Counted from the first letter of the stretch, positions 13,047 to 23,919 are shown. The stretch is 64,000 nucleotides of DNA from Chamaesiphon sp. (GCA_965246715.1 CBDFFH010000055.1:64001-128000), one strand, 5' to 3'. Numbers and translations: made by a program. Notes: generated by a model not told the origin, from the sequence alone.

Positions 13047-13810
13047 CATATAGTAGCGACTTAATTGATAGCGACCTGGCAACTAATACATCATTTATTG
13101 CTGCCCCAGCCTACCCATCAATTTTCGGTATTACCTTTAGTCCGATCGTTAGTGGGTCTTGTTTAGCCGCTGTTGGTGGCTTGATATCCGCATATATATA
13201 TTTGAGTTTGCTGCAACCACAACTGGCTAAAAATCAGGAGTTGGAAACCAAGCTATCCGAAACCCAAAAGCAAATCGATATTCGCAAGGATAATGCCATC
13301 AAAATTGCTGCTGCAGAAAAAAATCTCGATCTCGTCAACTCACAGAAACAAGTAATTTTGGGTTTATTTGCTAGCGACAAAAAGTTAGATACCTTACTCC
13401 TCGACTTAAATAAATTAATCAATATCCGCCAAGGTCAATTGCAAGAATTTGTACCAGCGACATCCGTTGCGGGGATCGGGAGTAGTGGTGCGACGATCGT
13501 TAAAGATGGCTCGCTGGGTGCCGCTTTAGATAACAAACTCAAAGCCAAAAACGTGACGATCTCTCTCAAAGGTAATTTCGAGCAAGTTCAATCGATCATG
13601 AGGACGATCGAAAGATTGGATCAATTACTGATTGTCAAAGATTTCCAAGCGATCGTGCCATCTCAGCCAGTTGCTGTCGATGCTCAAGGGAAAACGATCC
13701 CGCTACCCGCACCAACGATCCAAACCTCGTTCAAGCTGCAAGCGTTGATCCCTCTAACCGCCGCAGAGCAGGCTGCGGCAACACCGCCCCCAGCACCAGT
13801 TAAAAAATAA
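13043..13810 (+). CDS. pilO: Type IV pilus assembly protein PilO
   Basis: ATGA overlap with pilN; TM plus coiled coil; LDTLLLDLN and GNFEQVQSIMRTIERL motifs. Confidence 0.85.
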   Translation: MTYSSDLIDSDLATNTSFIAAPAYPSIFGITFSPIVSGSCLAAVGGLISAYIYLSLLQPQLAKNQELETKLSETQKQIDIRKDNAIKIAAAEKNLDLVNSQKQVILGLFASDKKLDTLLLDLNKLINIRQGQLQEFVPATSVAGIGSSGATIVKDGSLGAALDNKLKAKNVTISLKGNFEQVQSIMRTIERLDQLLIVKDFQAIVPSQPVAVDAQGKTIPLPAPTIQTSFKLQALIPLTAAEQAAATPPPAPVKK

Positions 13811-13995
13811 ATATCGTTCTTAGCAACTAGATATTTTTGGTAAGGCAGGAGGCCGGAGAGCGAGGAATAAGCTAATTTTTCATCGCTGTTCTCACCCCAA
13901 CTTACACGCCTTTTACCAAACATAAGATGCTCTAGCCGCACGACAATCGATCGTTAATAACCCCGTCAATATTTTCCCGGAGTAGGAGATTTAAA

Positions 13996-15960
13996 GTGAG
14001 CAAACGTAACCAGATTATTACCAATATCGTCATGGGTAGCGCCGTTACAGCAATGTCTGTAACTACTGCTAGTGCAGCCACACAGCCAACACAACCCACA
14101 CCCCAAGCTCCCAGCAGCAATTTACTCGCCCAAGCAAAACCGCCATCCACTCAACCCCTCGTCCCCAACCCCAAAATTACGATCGACGGAACTACTCCTC
14201 CAGGAGTTGGCTTGGCAACCCCCACGATGCCCCGTGCTGTGGCTCCCCCAGTCGGTGATATCAGTGTCTCCAACATGAATGGTTCCGCCCCCCAAATTCT
14301 TATAGAGTCCAAAAAGCTTTACAGCATAACGGCCACTCAATCTGCACGGGAAATTCTGAGACAAATAGCTTTTGAAGCAAATCTCAATGTAGTTGATACT
14401 GATAATCTGACTAGTGACGCGAAGGGCACATTGACACCTGATAAAATTATAACCGTCAGATTTCGGAACGAACCAATTCAGAATGTCTTCAACAGCGTCC
14501 TTCAACTCAGTGGTCTAGAAGCAAGCCGGAGCGGAAACGTCATCTTCGTCAGTAGCAAATTACCCGAAGCTGCGAAGGAAACTGTCATCCGTACCCTCCG
14601 GCTGAATCAAATACCTGCTCTTGCTGCTTCTAATTTCCTTGCCGTCAATGGTGCAGAAGCATTAACTACCATCATCAAAGAAGGTAGACCCGAACTTTAT
14701 CCACTTAAAGCACCCGAAGGCCAAGGGGTACTGGTGCTCAGAGGGTTGAGTATTAGTACGGATGAACGACTAAATTCCATTACTCTGGTTGGCTCTCCCA
14801 TCAAGGTAGAAATGGCATCTAACATGCTCACCCGTCTAGATGCGCGTCGTCGTCAAGTTGCCATCAATGTCAAAATCGTTGATGTCAATCTCTCCAATGC
14901 CAACAGTATGAGCACCAGCTTATCATTTGGTACTGGCAATGGTTTTTTCTCTGCCGATAAAGGTGCCGCAGTCTACAACTATGGCGGATACAATCCCCCT
15001 AGCAATAGTACGGTTCTCAACAGTACGACAACTCCACCTGTTGGTGCGCTAAATTTACCAGGTGGTTCTACGCCATTCCTGGATTATTCACCCAATGCTA
15101 GTTTGAGCAATCAAGCTGCTGGTAATAGTGCTGGATTGGGTACCACTGCGGGAGGATCGCCACAAGCTCGTCCCAACCTTGGCACGACGGATAATCCATA
15201 TCAGCCAGGGTACACTTCATATACGCCTGGTACTGCTGCTACTGCTGGCACACCAGCAGTATTTAACCCCGTTACTGGCGCACTTATTAGTTCTGCAATA
15301 CCAGGGACTGCTGGTACTCCGGCTACATATACTTCCGCATTACCGACTAATTTCCAATTCCCGACGAAGTTGCTCGCTACTCTACAAGCTCAGATTATCA
15401 GTGGCAATGGGAAGATCTTGACCGATCCTACTCTAGTGGTTCAAGAAGGTCAAAAGTCTACTGTGAACTTGACACAAGAGGTATTTGCTGGATTTAAAAT
15501 CAACTCTGTTGCGGGTACCGGGGCAGTTACTAGTACAAGAGAGCCAATTCTCAAACAAGCAGGTTTGATCGTCGATCTGACTGTCAACCGGATCGATGAT
15601 AATGGCTTTATAGCAGTATCTGTTTCGCCGACTGTCTCGTCGATCGGTAGTACTATTACTACTGCAGATGGTGACATTGCTCTGTTACAATCGCGGACGA
15701 TCAATTCGGGAGAAATTCGCTTACGTGACGGTCAGACACTAATTTTATCTGGGATCATCCAAGAATCCGATCGCACCAGCGTTACTAAGGTACCGATTTT
15801 AGGCGATATTCCGATTTTGGGTGCTTTATTCCGTAGCACTAACAAATCTAATCAACGTCAAGAAGTAGTCGTTCTCCTCACGCCACAAATCCTCAACGAT
15901 GGCCGAGGTCAGGTTAATTATACGCCTGGTGTTGATGCCAGAATGATGATTGGCAAGTAA
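13996..15960 (+). CDS. pilQ: Type IV pilus secretin PilQ
   Basis: Signal peptide and secretin domain (QVAINVKIVDV, KILTDPTL, LRDGQTLILSGII, KVPILGDIPILGALFRS). Confidence 0.92.
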   Translation: MSKRNQIITNIVMGSAVTAMSVTTASAATQPTQPTPQAPSSNLLAQAKPPSTQPLVPNPKITIDGTTPPGVGLATPTMPRAVAPPVGDISVSNMNGSAPQILIESKKLYSITATQSAREILRQIAFEANLNVVDTDNLTSDAKGTLTPDKIITVRFRNEPIQNVFNSVLQLSGLEASRSGNVIFVSSKLPEAAKETVIRTLRLNQIPALAASNFLAVNGAEALTTIIKEGRPELYPLKAPEGQGVLVLRGLSISTDERLNSITLVGSPIKVEMASNMLTRLDARRRQVAINVKIVDVNLSNANSMSTSLSFGTGNGFFSADKGAAVYNYGGYNPPSNSTVLNSTTTPPVGALNLPGGSTPFLDYSPNASLSNQAAGNSAGLGTTAGGSPQARPNLGTTDNPYQPGYTSYTPGTAATAGTPAVFNPVTGALISSAIPGTAGTPATYTSALPTNFQFPTKLLATLQAQIISGNGKILTDPTLVVQEGQKSTVNLTQEVFAGFKINSVAGTGAVTSTREPILKQAGLIVDLTVNRIDDNGFIAVSVSPTVSSIGSTITTADGDIALLQSRTINSGEIRLRDGQTLILSGIIQESDRTSVTKVPILGDIPILGALFRSTNKSNQRQEVVVLLTPQILNDGRGQVNYTPGVDARMMIGK

Positions 15961-16458
15961 ATAAGTGTCGAGGGGCTAATAAGCTAACTCAGGGGTCTGG
16001 AGTTTGAGTAATGGTAAGTTTAGAGCGATCGCACTCTATCTCAGCCAAATCATCACTCCCGATCCCGGTTTTTACGGATATTTCACATAAATAATACGCA
16101 AAATAATGAAAGTCAACATAAATTAAAGCTTTCAGCGATCCAGATTGGGCTTGTAGACATTAGAATAATGCAGTGGAAGTAATATCGCGTGAGAGTTTCA
16201 GTAACTTTACGGCGGGTTGGACTATCGATCGCTGAATGTGACAACGATCGATTTAGCGTCAGTAGGCGTGTAAGCTGTGAGAATGGCATCCATGGGTACG
16301 ATACGCGATTCTCTCGATCGAGAGGCTCCGTAAACTCGTCCCCACACCGTCTCCTCGCCGATAGTCCGACCTCATGTTTCACGAACGATCGGTACATCCA
16401 GATCTCAATCGTGAGATCGTACTACCCTCATAACAACATCATCAACGGAGATCTACAC

Positions 16459-16740
16459 ATGAATAAAGGTGAATTAGTCGATCGAGTAGCTGAAACAGCT
16501 AGCGTGACCAAAAAGCAAGCTGATACAGTTTTGTCAGCAGCATTGGAAGCGATTATGGAAGCTGTATCGAATGGTGACAAGGTTACACTTGTGGGCTTTG
16601 GGTCGTTTGAACCTAGAAACCGCCAAAAACGTGAAGGTCGCAACCCTAGAACTGGCGAGAAAATGGAAATTCCCGCAACTAAGGTGCCTGCCTTCTCCGC
16701 AGGTAAATTGTTTAAGGACAAAGTTTCTGCTGACGACTAA
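16459..16740 (+). CDS. hup: Histone-like DNA-binding protein HU
   Basis: MNKGELVD...VTLVGFGSFEPR.R..REGRNP.TGEKMEIPATKVPAFSAGK; GGAG upstream of ATG 16459. Confidence 0.96.
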   Translation: MNKGELVDRVAETASVTKKQADTVLSAALEAIMEAVSNGDKVTLVGFGSFEPRNRQKREGRNPRTGEKMEIPATKVPAFSAGKLFKDKVSADD

Positions 16741-16772
16741 TTTTTAGCTGGACTTAACCCCGGAAATATTCC

Positions 16773-17846
16773 GTGAATCGACCAAAACATGGGGGGAACC
16801 CGGCTTGGGCAGCTACCGTAGCGGGCTGTCCCCCCTCTCTCATTCTAGATTTTTCAGCGAGCATCAGTCCGTTAGGCCCGCCGCCTACGGCGCTCGCTGC
16901 AATTAAGCTGCATTTAGATACGATCGCTGATTATCCCAATCCAGATTATCCCGAACTCACTCAGGCGATCGCGGCGCATCACCAGATCGATCCTGAGTGG
17001 GTATTACCAGGCAATGGCGCGGCTGAATTATTAACTTGGGCTGCGTGGGAATTTTCGAAACTCAACTCGACATTGTTGCCCACGCCTGCTTTTGGTGATT
17101 ACTGGCGCTCTTTGCAAACTTTTGTTACCCGAGTTATTCCCAGATCGCTCATGATGGATGATGGTGAAATTGGCGATCTCGATTTTGCCTTACGCCACTT
17201 ACCGAGTGCGATTCCCCATTCATTGGGCTTATTAATCAACAATCCGCACAACCCCACCGGACAAATCTGGCGACAGGAGACACTACTGTCCTATTTGTCC
17301 GCATTCGATCTAGTTGTGGTTGATGAGTCCTTCATGGACTTTCTACTACCCACAGCGCAGCAAAGTCTAATTCCGCTAATCGATCGCTATCCGAATCTGG
17401 TTGTCTTACGATCGCTGACGAAATTTTATAGCCTGCCGGGATTGCGATTGGGCTACTGTATCGCGCATCCCGATCGGTTGCGCCGCTGGCAAAGTTGGCG
17501 CGATCCTTGGCCTGTCAATTCTCTCGCTGCCGCAGCGGCGATCGCCGTGCTCAGCGATACCGAGTTTCAGCAACTGACTTGGGATTGGCTCCCCCCAGCT
17601 GCCGATCGCTTATTTACCGGACTCAGCCAGATCGATGGCTTACATCCCTATCCTGGCGCAGCCAATTTTCTACTCGTCAAATCCGATCGCTCTTGTCTCG
17701 ATCTTCAAACCCAACTGCTCAAACACCACCACATCTCGATTCGCGACTGTATGAGTTTTCCCGAACTCGGCGATCGCTTTTTCCGGGTTGCTGTCCGCAC
17801 GATCGCCGAAAACGATCGGCTAGTAGCAGCATTAAACTCGATCTAA
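16773..17846 (+). CDS. cobD: L-threonine-O-3-phosphate decarboxylase (cobalamin synthesis)
   Basis: HGGN, LDFSASISPLGPP, NNPHNPTG, VVDESFMDF and PLP motif SLTKFYSLPGLRLG. Confidence 0.88.
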   Translation: MNRPKHGGNPAWAATVAGCPPSLILDFSASISPLGPPPTALAAIKLHLDTIADYPNPDYPELTQAIAAHHQIDPEWVLPGNGAAELLTWAAWEFSKLNSTLLPTPAFGDYWRSLQTFVTRVIPRSLMMDDGEIGDLDFALRHLPSAIPHSLGLLINNPHNPTGQIWRQETLLSYLSAFDLVVVDESFMDFLLPTAQQSLIPLIDRYPNLVVLRSLTKFYSLPGLRLGYCIAHPDRLRRWQSWRDPWPVNSLAAAAAIAVLSDTEFQQLTWDWLPPAADRLFTGLSQIDGLHPYPGAANFLLVKSDRSCLDLQTQLLKHHHISIRDCMSFPELGDRFFRVAVRTIAENDRLVAALNSI

Positions 17847-17907
17847 AATCTTCGATTAGGTTTAGCGATTGTAGTTTCAGGTCGATCGAATTTGTAGATA
17901 CGATGAT

Positions 17908-17936
17908 ATCCCCGACTTTTTGAAAAAGTCGGGGAT
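17908..17936. repeat. Perfect palindrome with 14-bp arms (dispersed repeat or bidirectional terminator) between convergent cobD and ssb
   Basis: ATCCCCGACTTTTT-G-AAAAAGTCGGGGAT; a half copy AAGAAGTCGGGGATCT lies at 38493-38508. Confidence 0.7.
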
Positions 17937-18028
17937 GTGCGATCGCGATTGCTGATGAAGACACGTAAATTAGAGGATAGAGATCGCCGCAACTCAACTG
18001 TTCGATCGAATAAGCTATCCACTAATCC

Positions 18029-18382
18029 CTACATATAATCTGGCACTGCCTCAGCAGCATCTTTCTTCGAGCCGAGGAGATCGAGACTATCTACCTTGAT
18101 GACTGGGCGAGAGCGACTGGTACCAGTTGCTTTATCGACCCAAGTTTCGATTTCGAGTGAGCCTTTAATCCCGATTTGACTGCCCTTTTTGGCATAATTT
18201 TTAGCTATTTCACCAGTTTTACCCCAGATTTTGAGATTGAACCAGTCAGGTTGCTCCTGATTTTTGCTACGACGATTGACGGCGAGGGTGAGGGTACAGA
18301 CACATTTACCAGAACCCTCAAACCATTTGAGTTCTGGATCGCCACCGACTCTCCCCACCAAGTGGACAACATTAAGACTCAT
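18029..18382 (-). CDS. ssb: Single-stranded DNA-binding protein
   Basis: LNVVHLVGRVGGDPE, LAVNRR, PDWF..IWGKT, KGSQIGIKGSL. Confidence 0.93.
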   Translation of the reverse strand: MSLNVVHLVGRVGGDPELKWFEGSGKCVCTLTLAVNRRSKNQEQPDWFNLKIWGKTGEIAKNYAKKGSQIGIKGSLEIETWVDKATGTSRSRPVIKVDSLDLLGSKKDAAEAVPDYM

Positions 18383-18490
18383 TGTATAATAGTAGTTATG
18401 TACTTTGGTATTATTGTAACTTAAAAGCGCGATCGAGTTACGTCAGACTCTGCACAACTTATTAGATTTCCGGAACGCAAAGAGACTTCG

Positions 18491-20476
18491 CTAAGTATTC
18501 ATGCTGAAGGGCGATCGGACAGCTTCCCATACTTTAATGCTTCGATCCCAGCTCGCCGAAATAAAATTGGTACCGCTAGGTTGAAAGACGATCGATTTAA
18601 CCGCACTTTGATGGGCTAAGAAACTAGCAACTAATTTTTGCGTATTGGCATCCCAGAGGCAGATCGTCCCATCGATCGAACCCGAAGCGATCGTTTGACC
18701 ATCGGCACTAATTGCGACCGTCAGTACGGCATCCTGATGTCCCTCAAAGACATGCTGGATATTTGTGCCTAATTGTCGCACTTGCACCGATCGATCGCTA
18801 CTACCACTGACGATCGTATGGCCGTCGCGACTGACGGCTAGGGCGTGAATCTTTTGCTCGTGAGCCTCGATCGTTTTGAGTAATTGGTTGCGTTCGAGAT
18901 CCCAAAAGCGGATCGTGCGATCGGCACCAGCGCTAATTAAGATTTTACCATTGGGCATAAACTGTACCGCTGTCACCGCATCTTGATGCCCGTCAAGCGT
19001 ATAGATAATTTTGCCACTATCGGTATTCCACAACCGAATTTTGCGATCGGCACCACCGCTGGCTAAGATCTTGCCGTCGGGGCTAAACCGCACGGTATAG
19101 ACAAAGCCAGTATGACTATCTAAAGTACTAAAATCTCCATGCAATTCTTGGCAAGAATTTCCGATCGATTCTTTACGTCGTAGTTGAACTTTGCGATCCT
19201 TGTCGCCGCTAGCAATCTGACTGAGATTTGGACTCGCCGCCACCGCCCATACCGAATTATTAGTGCGATAAGTCGCGATCGGTTGTTGGGGCATATCTAA
19301 GTTCCAAACTGCCACAGTCCCGCCATCATCACCACTAACTAGGTATTTCCCATCGAGAAACAAATCGATCTCATTAATCGGTTTACTATGCCACTCAAAT
19401 GTATAAGTACACGCCCATTCGCGAGTGCTCTGAGTGACAACGGGTTCGGGATCGATCTTACTTGAAATTTCTGCTGTCGGTGGCGAACTAATTGCGGGAA
19501 TAGTAACTACCGATCCTGGTAAATTTTGCGTAGCTAAGCCATTTTGTAATTGGGCGATTACCTCTAGGGCTGTGCCGTAGCGATCGCCAGGTTTATGTTG
19601 AATTAATTTATCTAATATTGCTGCGAGGTTTGGTTCGATCGATTGTGATAAATAATTACGCCACGCCCATTCACCACTATTGTCATCGATCAGGGCAAAT
19701 GGTGAAACTCCAGTGAGTAAATGAACGCAGGTGACACCCAAACTATAGAGATCGCTGGCGGGAAATGCTTTACCCCAGCCCTGTTCTGGAGCCATAAATT
19801 CGGGCGTGCCGATTGTCGTTCCTTGCAGTTGCGATCGATCCGGAGTCGTCACTTTGGCAGCACCAAAATCTACTAAAAATAACCGGCGATTATCGGTGCG
19901 CCGCATGATATTTTCTGGTTTGATGTCGCGATGGATATAACCTAATTTGTGAATATAATCTAAAACTGGTAACAGTGTTAATAATAATTCGCGGATCTGT
20001 GCTGACGAAAATACTCCATTCGTCTCTAATTCACCTTTGAGATTTTGCCCATCGATAAATTCTTGAACTAGATAGAGGCGACGATCGGGAGTGATAAAAT
20101 AAGCCAGTAATTTAGGAATCGATGGATTGTCTAATTGCTCTAATGCACTTGCTTCTTGGGTAAATAATTCAGCCGCTTTGGTAGCTGCGGTTGAGCCTTC
20201 CATCTGCGGCAAAAATTGCTTGATAACGCAAAAAGGCTTGGCTGGCTTATCTTCATCGATCGCTTTAAATGTCCGCCCAAAGCCACCCTGCCCGATCGGT
20301 TGAATCGCTAAATAGCGATCGCGCAATCTCAGTATCCCGCCACAGCTGCGACAAAAGTTACTCTGAGGCGGATTTTGCGGATGCAGGCAACCAGGATTGA
20401 GACAGTAACTCACGCGCGGGGAGATAGGAGGAGGGGTAGGATCGACAATATTGAAGGGGCGATCGATTGCGTACAA
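18491..20476 (-). CDS. Ser/Thr protein kinase with N-terminal 4-Cys motif and C-terminal WD40 repeats
   Basis: YCLNPGC..C..CG prefix; IGQGGFG, HRDIKPEN, DFG, APE; about 7 WD repeats. Start codon uncertain. Confidence 0.9.
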   Translation of the reverse strand: MYAIDRPFNIVDPTPPPISPRVSYCLNPGCLHPQNPPQSNFCRSCGGILRLRDRYLAIQPIGQGGFGRTFKAIDEDKPAKPFCVIKQFLPQMEGSTAATKAAELFTQEASALEQLDNPSIPKLLAYFITPDRRLYLVQEFIDGQNLKGELETNGVFSSAQIRELLLTLLPVLDYIHKLGYIHRDIKPENIMRRTDNRRLFLVDFGAAKVTTPDRSQLQGTTIGTPEFMAPEQGWGKAFPASDLYSLGVTCVHLLTGVSPFALIDDNSGEWAWRNYLSQSIEPNLAAILDKLIQHKPGDRYGTALEVIAQLQNGLATQNLPGSVVTIPAISSPPTAEISSKIDPEPVVTQSTREWACTYTFEWHSKPINEIDLFLDGKYLVSGDDGGTVAVWNLDMPQQPIATYRTNNSVWAVAASPNLSQIASGDKDRKVQLRRKESIGNSCQELHGDFSTLDSHTGFVYTVRFSPDGKILASGGADRKIRLWNTDSGKIIYTLDGHQDAVTAVQFMPNGKILISAGADRTIRFWDLERNQLLKTIEAHEQKIHALAVSRDGHTIVSGSSDRSVQVRQLGTNIQHVFEGHQDAVLTVAISADGQTIASGSIDGTICLWDANTQKLVASFLAHQSAVKSIVFQPSGTNFISASWDRSIKVWEAVRSPFSMNT

Positions 20477-20511
20477 ATATCTAAGGAAGTTCGATTTTCC
20501 ACTAGATTGCC

Positions 20512-21117
20512 TTAACCTAGCTTAGATGCAGCAAAGATTTTTTGCCACCATAGATACAGTGGATAATAAATAATTGGCATCCATAATCCGCTCAAGATCG
20601 AGGCCACTAGCATAACTGAGGACTGATTGGCCCACAAGTAGTTCAGACTCTCAAGGCTGACTTCAGGAGAGTGACCGATCGCCGTTTGTAACAGATACTG
20701 CGCTCCCATCACGATTTCGGCAACTAGCGTCAGTAAAGCCGTTACGAGCGCCACGGGGAAGATCGTATCATCGACATAGCGGTGCTTGTGCAACCAAAAT
20801 GCCAGTACGGATACAGTTGTCAGACTCAGGACGTGGGTTGGAATACTGCCTAGAGTTGTTGCGGAGGGAAATGTCATCGCATCTTGAATTAGACCGAGGA
20901 CGATCCCCGCTGTGGCTGCGTGCCAGAGCGATCGCTGTAGACTCCACGCGATCGTCCACATTACCAACCAACTCGGGCCGACTCCCAAAATTTCCATCCC
21001 CGGAAACCGAGTCGGAGAGAGCATCAAACATAGACCTACCGAGCCAACGATCGCCAGAACGTTGAGTCCATTCCGCGCGAACGGATGTAAATTAGCAATA
21101 TTCATCGCATCATACAC
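20512..21117 (-). CDS. mreD: Rod shape-determining protein MreD
   Basis: Polytopic membrane protein after mreC; R.PGME.LG.GP.W and GLIQDAMT motifs. Confidence 0.85.
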   Translation of the reverse strand: MYDAMNIANLHPFARNGLNVLAIVGSVGLCLMLSPTRFPGMEILGVGPSWLVMWTIAWSLQRSLWHAATAGIVLGLIQDAMTFPSATTLGSIPTHVLSLTTVSVLAFWLHKHRYVDDTIFPVALVTALLTLVAEIVMGAQYLLQTAIGHSPEVSLESLNYLWANQSSVMLVASILSGLWMPIIYYPLYLWWQKIFAASKLG

Positions 21118-21173
21118 AATTATAAACGATCGATGCCGATGGGATCGGCATGTTTAGAGTGCGACCAACCTGG

Positions 21174-21989
21174 CTAGCGGATGTTCGATCCGGGTTTAGT
21201 CCCTTTCTCGGGAACTACTGGTGGCACGGTTGGTGGTTCGGCTACGGCATGGGGATTGTGGGGATGAACGGTGACCCATTCTAGATAACCTAGTGGGGCG
21301 GTAAATTCAACGATCGCCTCTGGAGCGGGAGATTTATTTAGATTGGTTTCGACGACTCGACCGACGGCTAAGCCTGTGGGAAATAACTGACTGACAGCAG
21401 AAGTCGCAATGATGTCGCCTTTTTTCACTGTCGGGCGTTTATCAAAAAACTGCAACACGGCTTGATTTGCTCTAGTGCCTTGGAGGATGCCCATATTGCG
21501 CGTTCTACTGACTAGCACGCCGATCCGACTATTTGGATCGCTCACTAATAATACGCGACTGGTATGCGGCGAAACACTAACGATCCGACCAACAACTCCA
21601 CCGATCCCAACAACGATATGATCCACAGCGATCCCGTCGGCACTACCCCTACCGATCGTTACTTGTTGCCACCAATTATCCGCACTCCGCAGCACGATCG
21701 GTGCTAATACACCTTTTGTCGGTACTGCCGCGCTATAGCTGCCGAGTTGTTTGAGTTGTTGGTTTTGATTTTTCAACTCTTGCAACTCATTTTGCAACTG
21801 TTCCACTTGCGCGTTTTTGAGCGAATCTGCCTGTCCGGTTTTGGGCTGAAATGTTTGAGATAGAGCGTTGTAAGCTTCAAATACCAAAGCATTTTGAGTT
21901 TGCAGCAAGAAATAAGTACCACAGATGACAGTCCCAAATCCTGCTAATTTTAGGGCATTCTTATCCCACCAGCGGCGCAAAGTAAACAT
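21174..21989 (-). CDS. mreC: Rod shape-determining protein MreC
   Basis: MFTLRRWW start, coiled coil, RSADNWWQQVTIGRGS.DG, TSRVLLVSD, FPTGLAVGRV. Confidence 0.92.
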   Translation of the reverse strand: MFTLRRWWDKNALKLAGFGTVICGTYFLLQTQNALVFEAYNALSQTFQPKTGQADSLKNAQVEQLQNELQELKNQNQQLKQLGSYSAAVPTKGVLAPIVLRSADNWWQQVTIGRGSADGIAVDHIVVGIGGVVGRIVSVSPHTSRVLLVSDPNSRIGVLVSRTRNMGILQGTRANQAVLQFFDKRPTVKKGDIIATSAVSQLFPTGLAVGRVVETNLNKSPAPEAIVEFTAPLGYLEWVTVHPHNPHAVAEPPTVPPVVPEKGTKPGSNIR

Positions 21990-21992
21990 AGT

Positions 21993-22020
21993 CAGTTATC
22001 AGTTATTAGTTACCAGTTAC
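21993..22020. repeat. Heptamer tandem repeat (YAGTTAY x4), STRR-like
   Basis: CAGTTAT CAGTTAT TAGTTAC CAGTTAC immediately upstream of mreC. Confidence 0.6.
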
Positions 22021-22401
22021 CAAAAAATTGTTTGTCAGACTGACTGACGTTTGTTTCGATCGGATGGATGATAATTCACCAGATCGCATAGCGAAGGTGG
22101 TCGATCTCCGAGAGTTCCTCAGCTGGAGACCATGCCACTTCCTTGCACCGCTTCTTACGTCAGGTTTCTTGACGTTGGCGTAGCCTCGCCGCTCTCAGAG
22201 AAGAGAAGGAGTTACGCGCACCGCTAGATCTCCCTGTAAAAAGCGCACCCAGCAGAAGGACTAAAATTCTTGTTCTTAGCCCCCCTTTTTGAGGATGCTG
22301 TCTACACAAGTTTGGTTAGCTTCGGTTTGAGATCCGAATCCCCCAACTTTACACCGCTCTAAGATCTATAAATCGCTCACCATTGGCATAGAGTAGGCGA
22401 T

Positions 22402-23445
22402 CTACAGACTGCGGGAGCGCCCGCTGAATACCCGTTCTAACTGCTTGAAGTTTTCGAGCACTTTACCAGTGCCGAGTACGACACAAGTGAGCGGATCGTT
22501 AGCGATGTGAGTAACGATCCCAGTTTCGTGACTGATCAACGTATCGATGCCCCGCAGGAGTGCGCCGCCGCCAGCCAGCATGATGCCCCGATCGATAATA
22601 TCGGAAGCCAATTCTGGTGGAGTGCGTTCGAGCGTCCGCTTCACCGCTTCGATAATTACCGATAGCGGTTCGGACATACTTTCGCGGATTTCTGGCCCTT
22701 TGATCGTTACCGTCCGAGGTAAGCCAGAGAGCAAATGCAAGCCTCTAACTTCCATCGTGATGTCGTTATCTTCTGGTGTGGGATAAGCCGAACCGACTTG
22801 GATTTTGATCTCTTCTGCCGTCCGTTCCCCGATCGTCAGGTTATGAACTTTCTTCATATAATTGACGATCGAGTCGCTCAATTCATCCCCAGCAATCCGC
22901 ACCGATTCGCTGATTACCGAACCTTGTAAGCTCAAGACGGCAACTTCTGTCGTCCCGCCGCCGATATCGATAATCATGTTACCAGTCGGTTCGGAGACAG
23001 GTAAACCTGCACCGATGGCTGCTGCAACAGGTTCGTCGATCAGGAATACTTCACTAGCTCCTGCTTGGAGAGCTGCATCCATCACCGCACGGCGTTCTAC
23101 CGCAGTTACGCCACTGGGAATCCCAATGACGAGCCGAGGTCTGATCACGTTACTCCCTTCGTTAGCACGTTGAATAAAGTGCTTCAACATGATTTCAGCG
23201 GTATCAAAATCGGCGATCACACCATCGCGGAGGGGGCGCAGCGCAATTACATCGCCAGGGGTTCTCCCTAGCATTTTTTTTGCTTCCGCACCGACAGCCA
23301 GCGGCATTTTAGTCTTTTGGTCGATCGCCACCACTGAAGGTTCTGCTAAAACAATGCCTTTGCCAGATACATAGACCAATGTATTGGCAGTTCCCAGGTC
23401 CATACCCATATCCCTGGATAAGGAAAAGCGATTGAAAAAACCCAC
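22402..23445 (-). CDS. mreB: Actin-like rod shape protein MreB
   Basis: DLGTANT, RPLRDGVIADF, EPVAAAIGAG, DIGGGTTE, LAGGGALL. GTG start at 23445 inferred. Confidence 0.97.
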   Translation of the reverse strand: MGFFNRFSLSRDMGMDLGTANTLVYVSGKGIVLAEPSVVAIDQKTKMPLAVGAEAKKMLGRTPGDVIALRPLRDGVIADFDTAEIMLKHFIQRANEGSNVIRPRLVIGIPSGVTAVERRAVMDAALQAGASEVFLIDEPVAAAIGAGLPVSEPTGNMIIDIGGGTTEVAVLSLQGSVISESVRIAGDELSDSIVNYMKKVHNLTIGERTAEEIKIQVGSAYPTPEDNDITMEVRGLHLLSGLPRTVTIKGPEIRESMSEPLSVIIEAVKRTLERTPPELASDIIDRGIMLAGGGALLRGIDTLISHETGIVTHIANDPLTCVVLGTGKVLENFKQLERVFSGRSRSL

Positions 23446-23905
23446 GCGCTTCTGTGCCCCCAAAATTAAGTAAAGATCGATTGAATATTGTAGTCAGCCG
23501 CGATCGATCGATGCAGATTTTACTTATTGTGCCCTTGTCACGATTGTCGATTGCAATCGCTAAGTTCCAATTTTGGGTCTACACGCTCTTAACTTCTGCC
23601 CTACGAGGTGAATCTTATTACTTTTTGCTTCGTTCGTCTAGTCGCGATCGCCCACAAATTAGACTTATTGCTGAGACTCTAGTTTATTGGTGCTCGATCT
23701 CGCCAATTAGCTTGCTCTATGCCCGCTCATTCCCAGATATCATCACCGATCGAGTCGATCGTGTGATAAATTTCTAACTTCTAAAGATTTGATTAAAATC
23801 TACACATTTTGGTTAGATAATGCGCGCTCTCCACCCTGATTTTTGGTAATTGTCTCTAAACAAGATCTTAAAAATATATAAAACCCGATTTTGATGAGTT
23901 CGATC

Positions 23906-23919
23906 GTAACTAAATATAC
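23906..23919. promoter_or_regulatory. Putative NtcA site (GTA-N8-TAC) upstream of mreB
   Basis: GTA ACTAAATA TAC; no -10 box at the canonical 22-nt spacing. Confidence 0.35.

Noticed and set aside
16189..16458. 90-aa N-terminal extension of HU
   Set aside because: HU homology starts at ATG 16459 with an SD-like GGAG; the upstream part is most likely a long leader, and no RNA family could be recognised in it.
23454..23777. 107-aa ORF divergent from mreB
   Set aside because: No recognisable features and it overlaps the mreB leader; probably non-coding.
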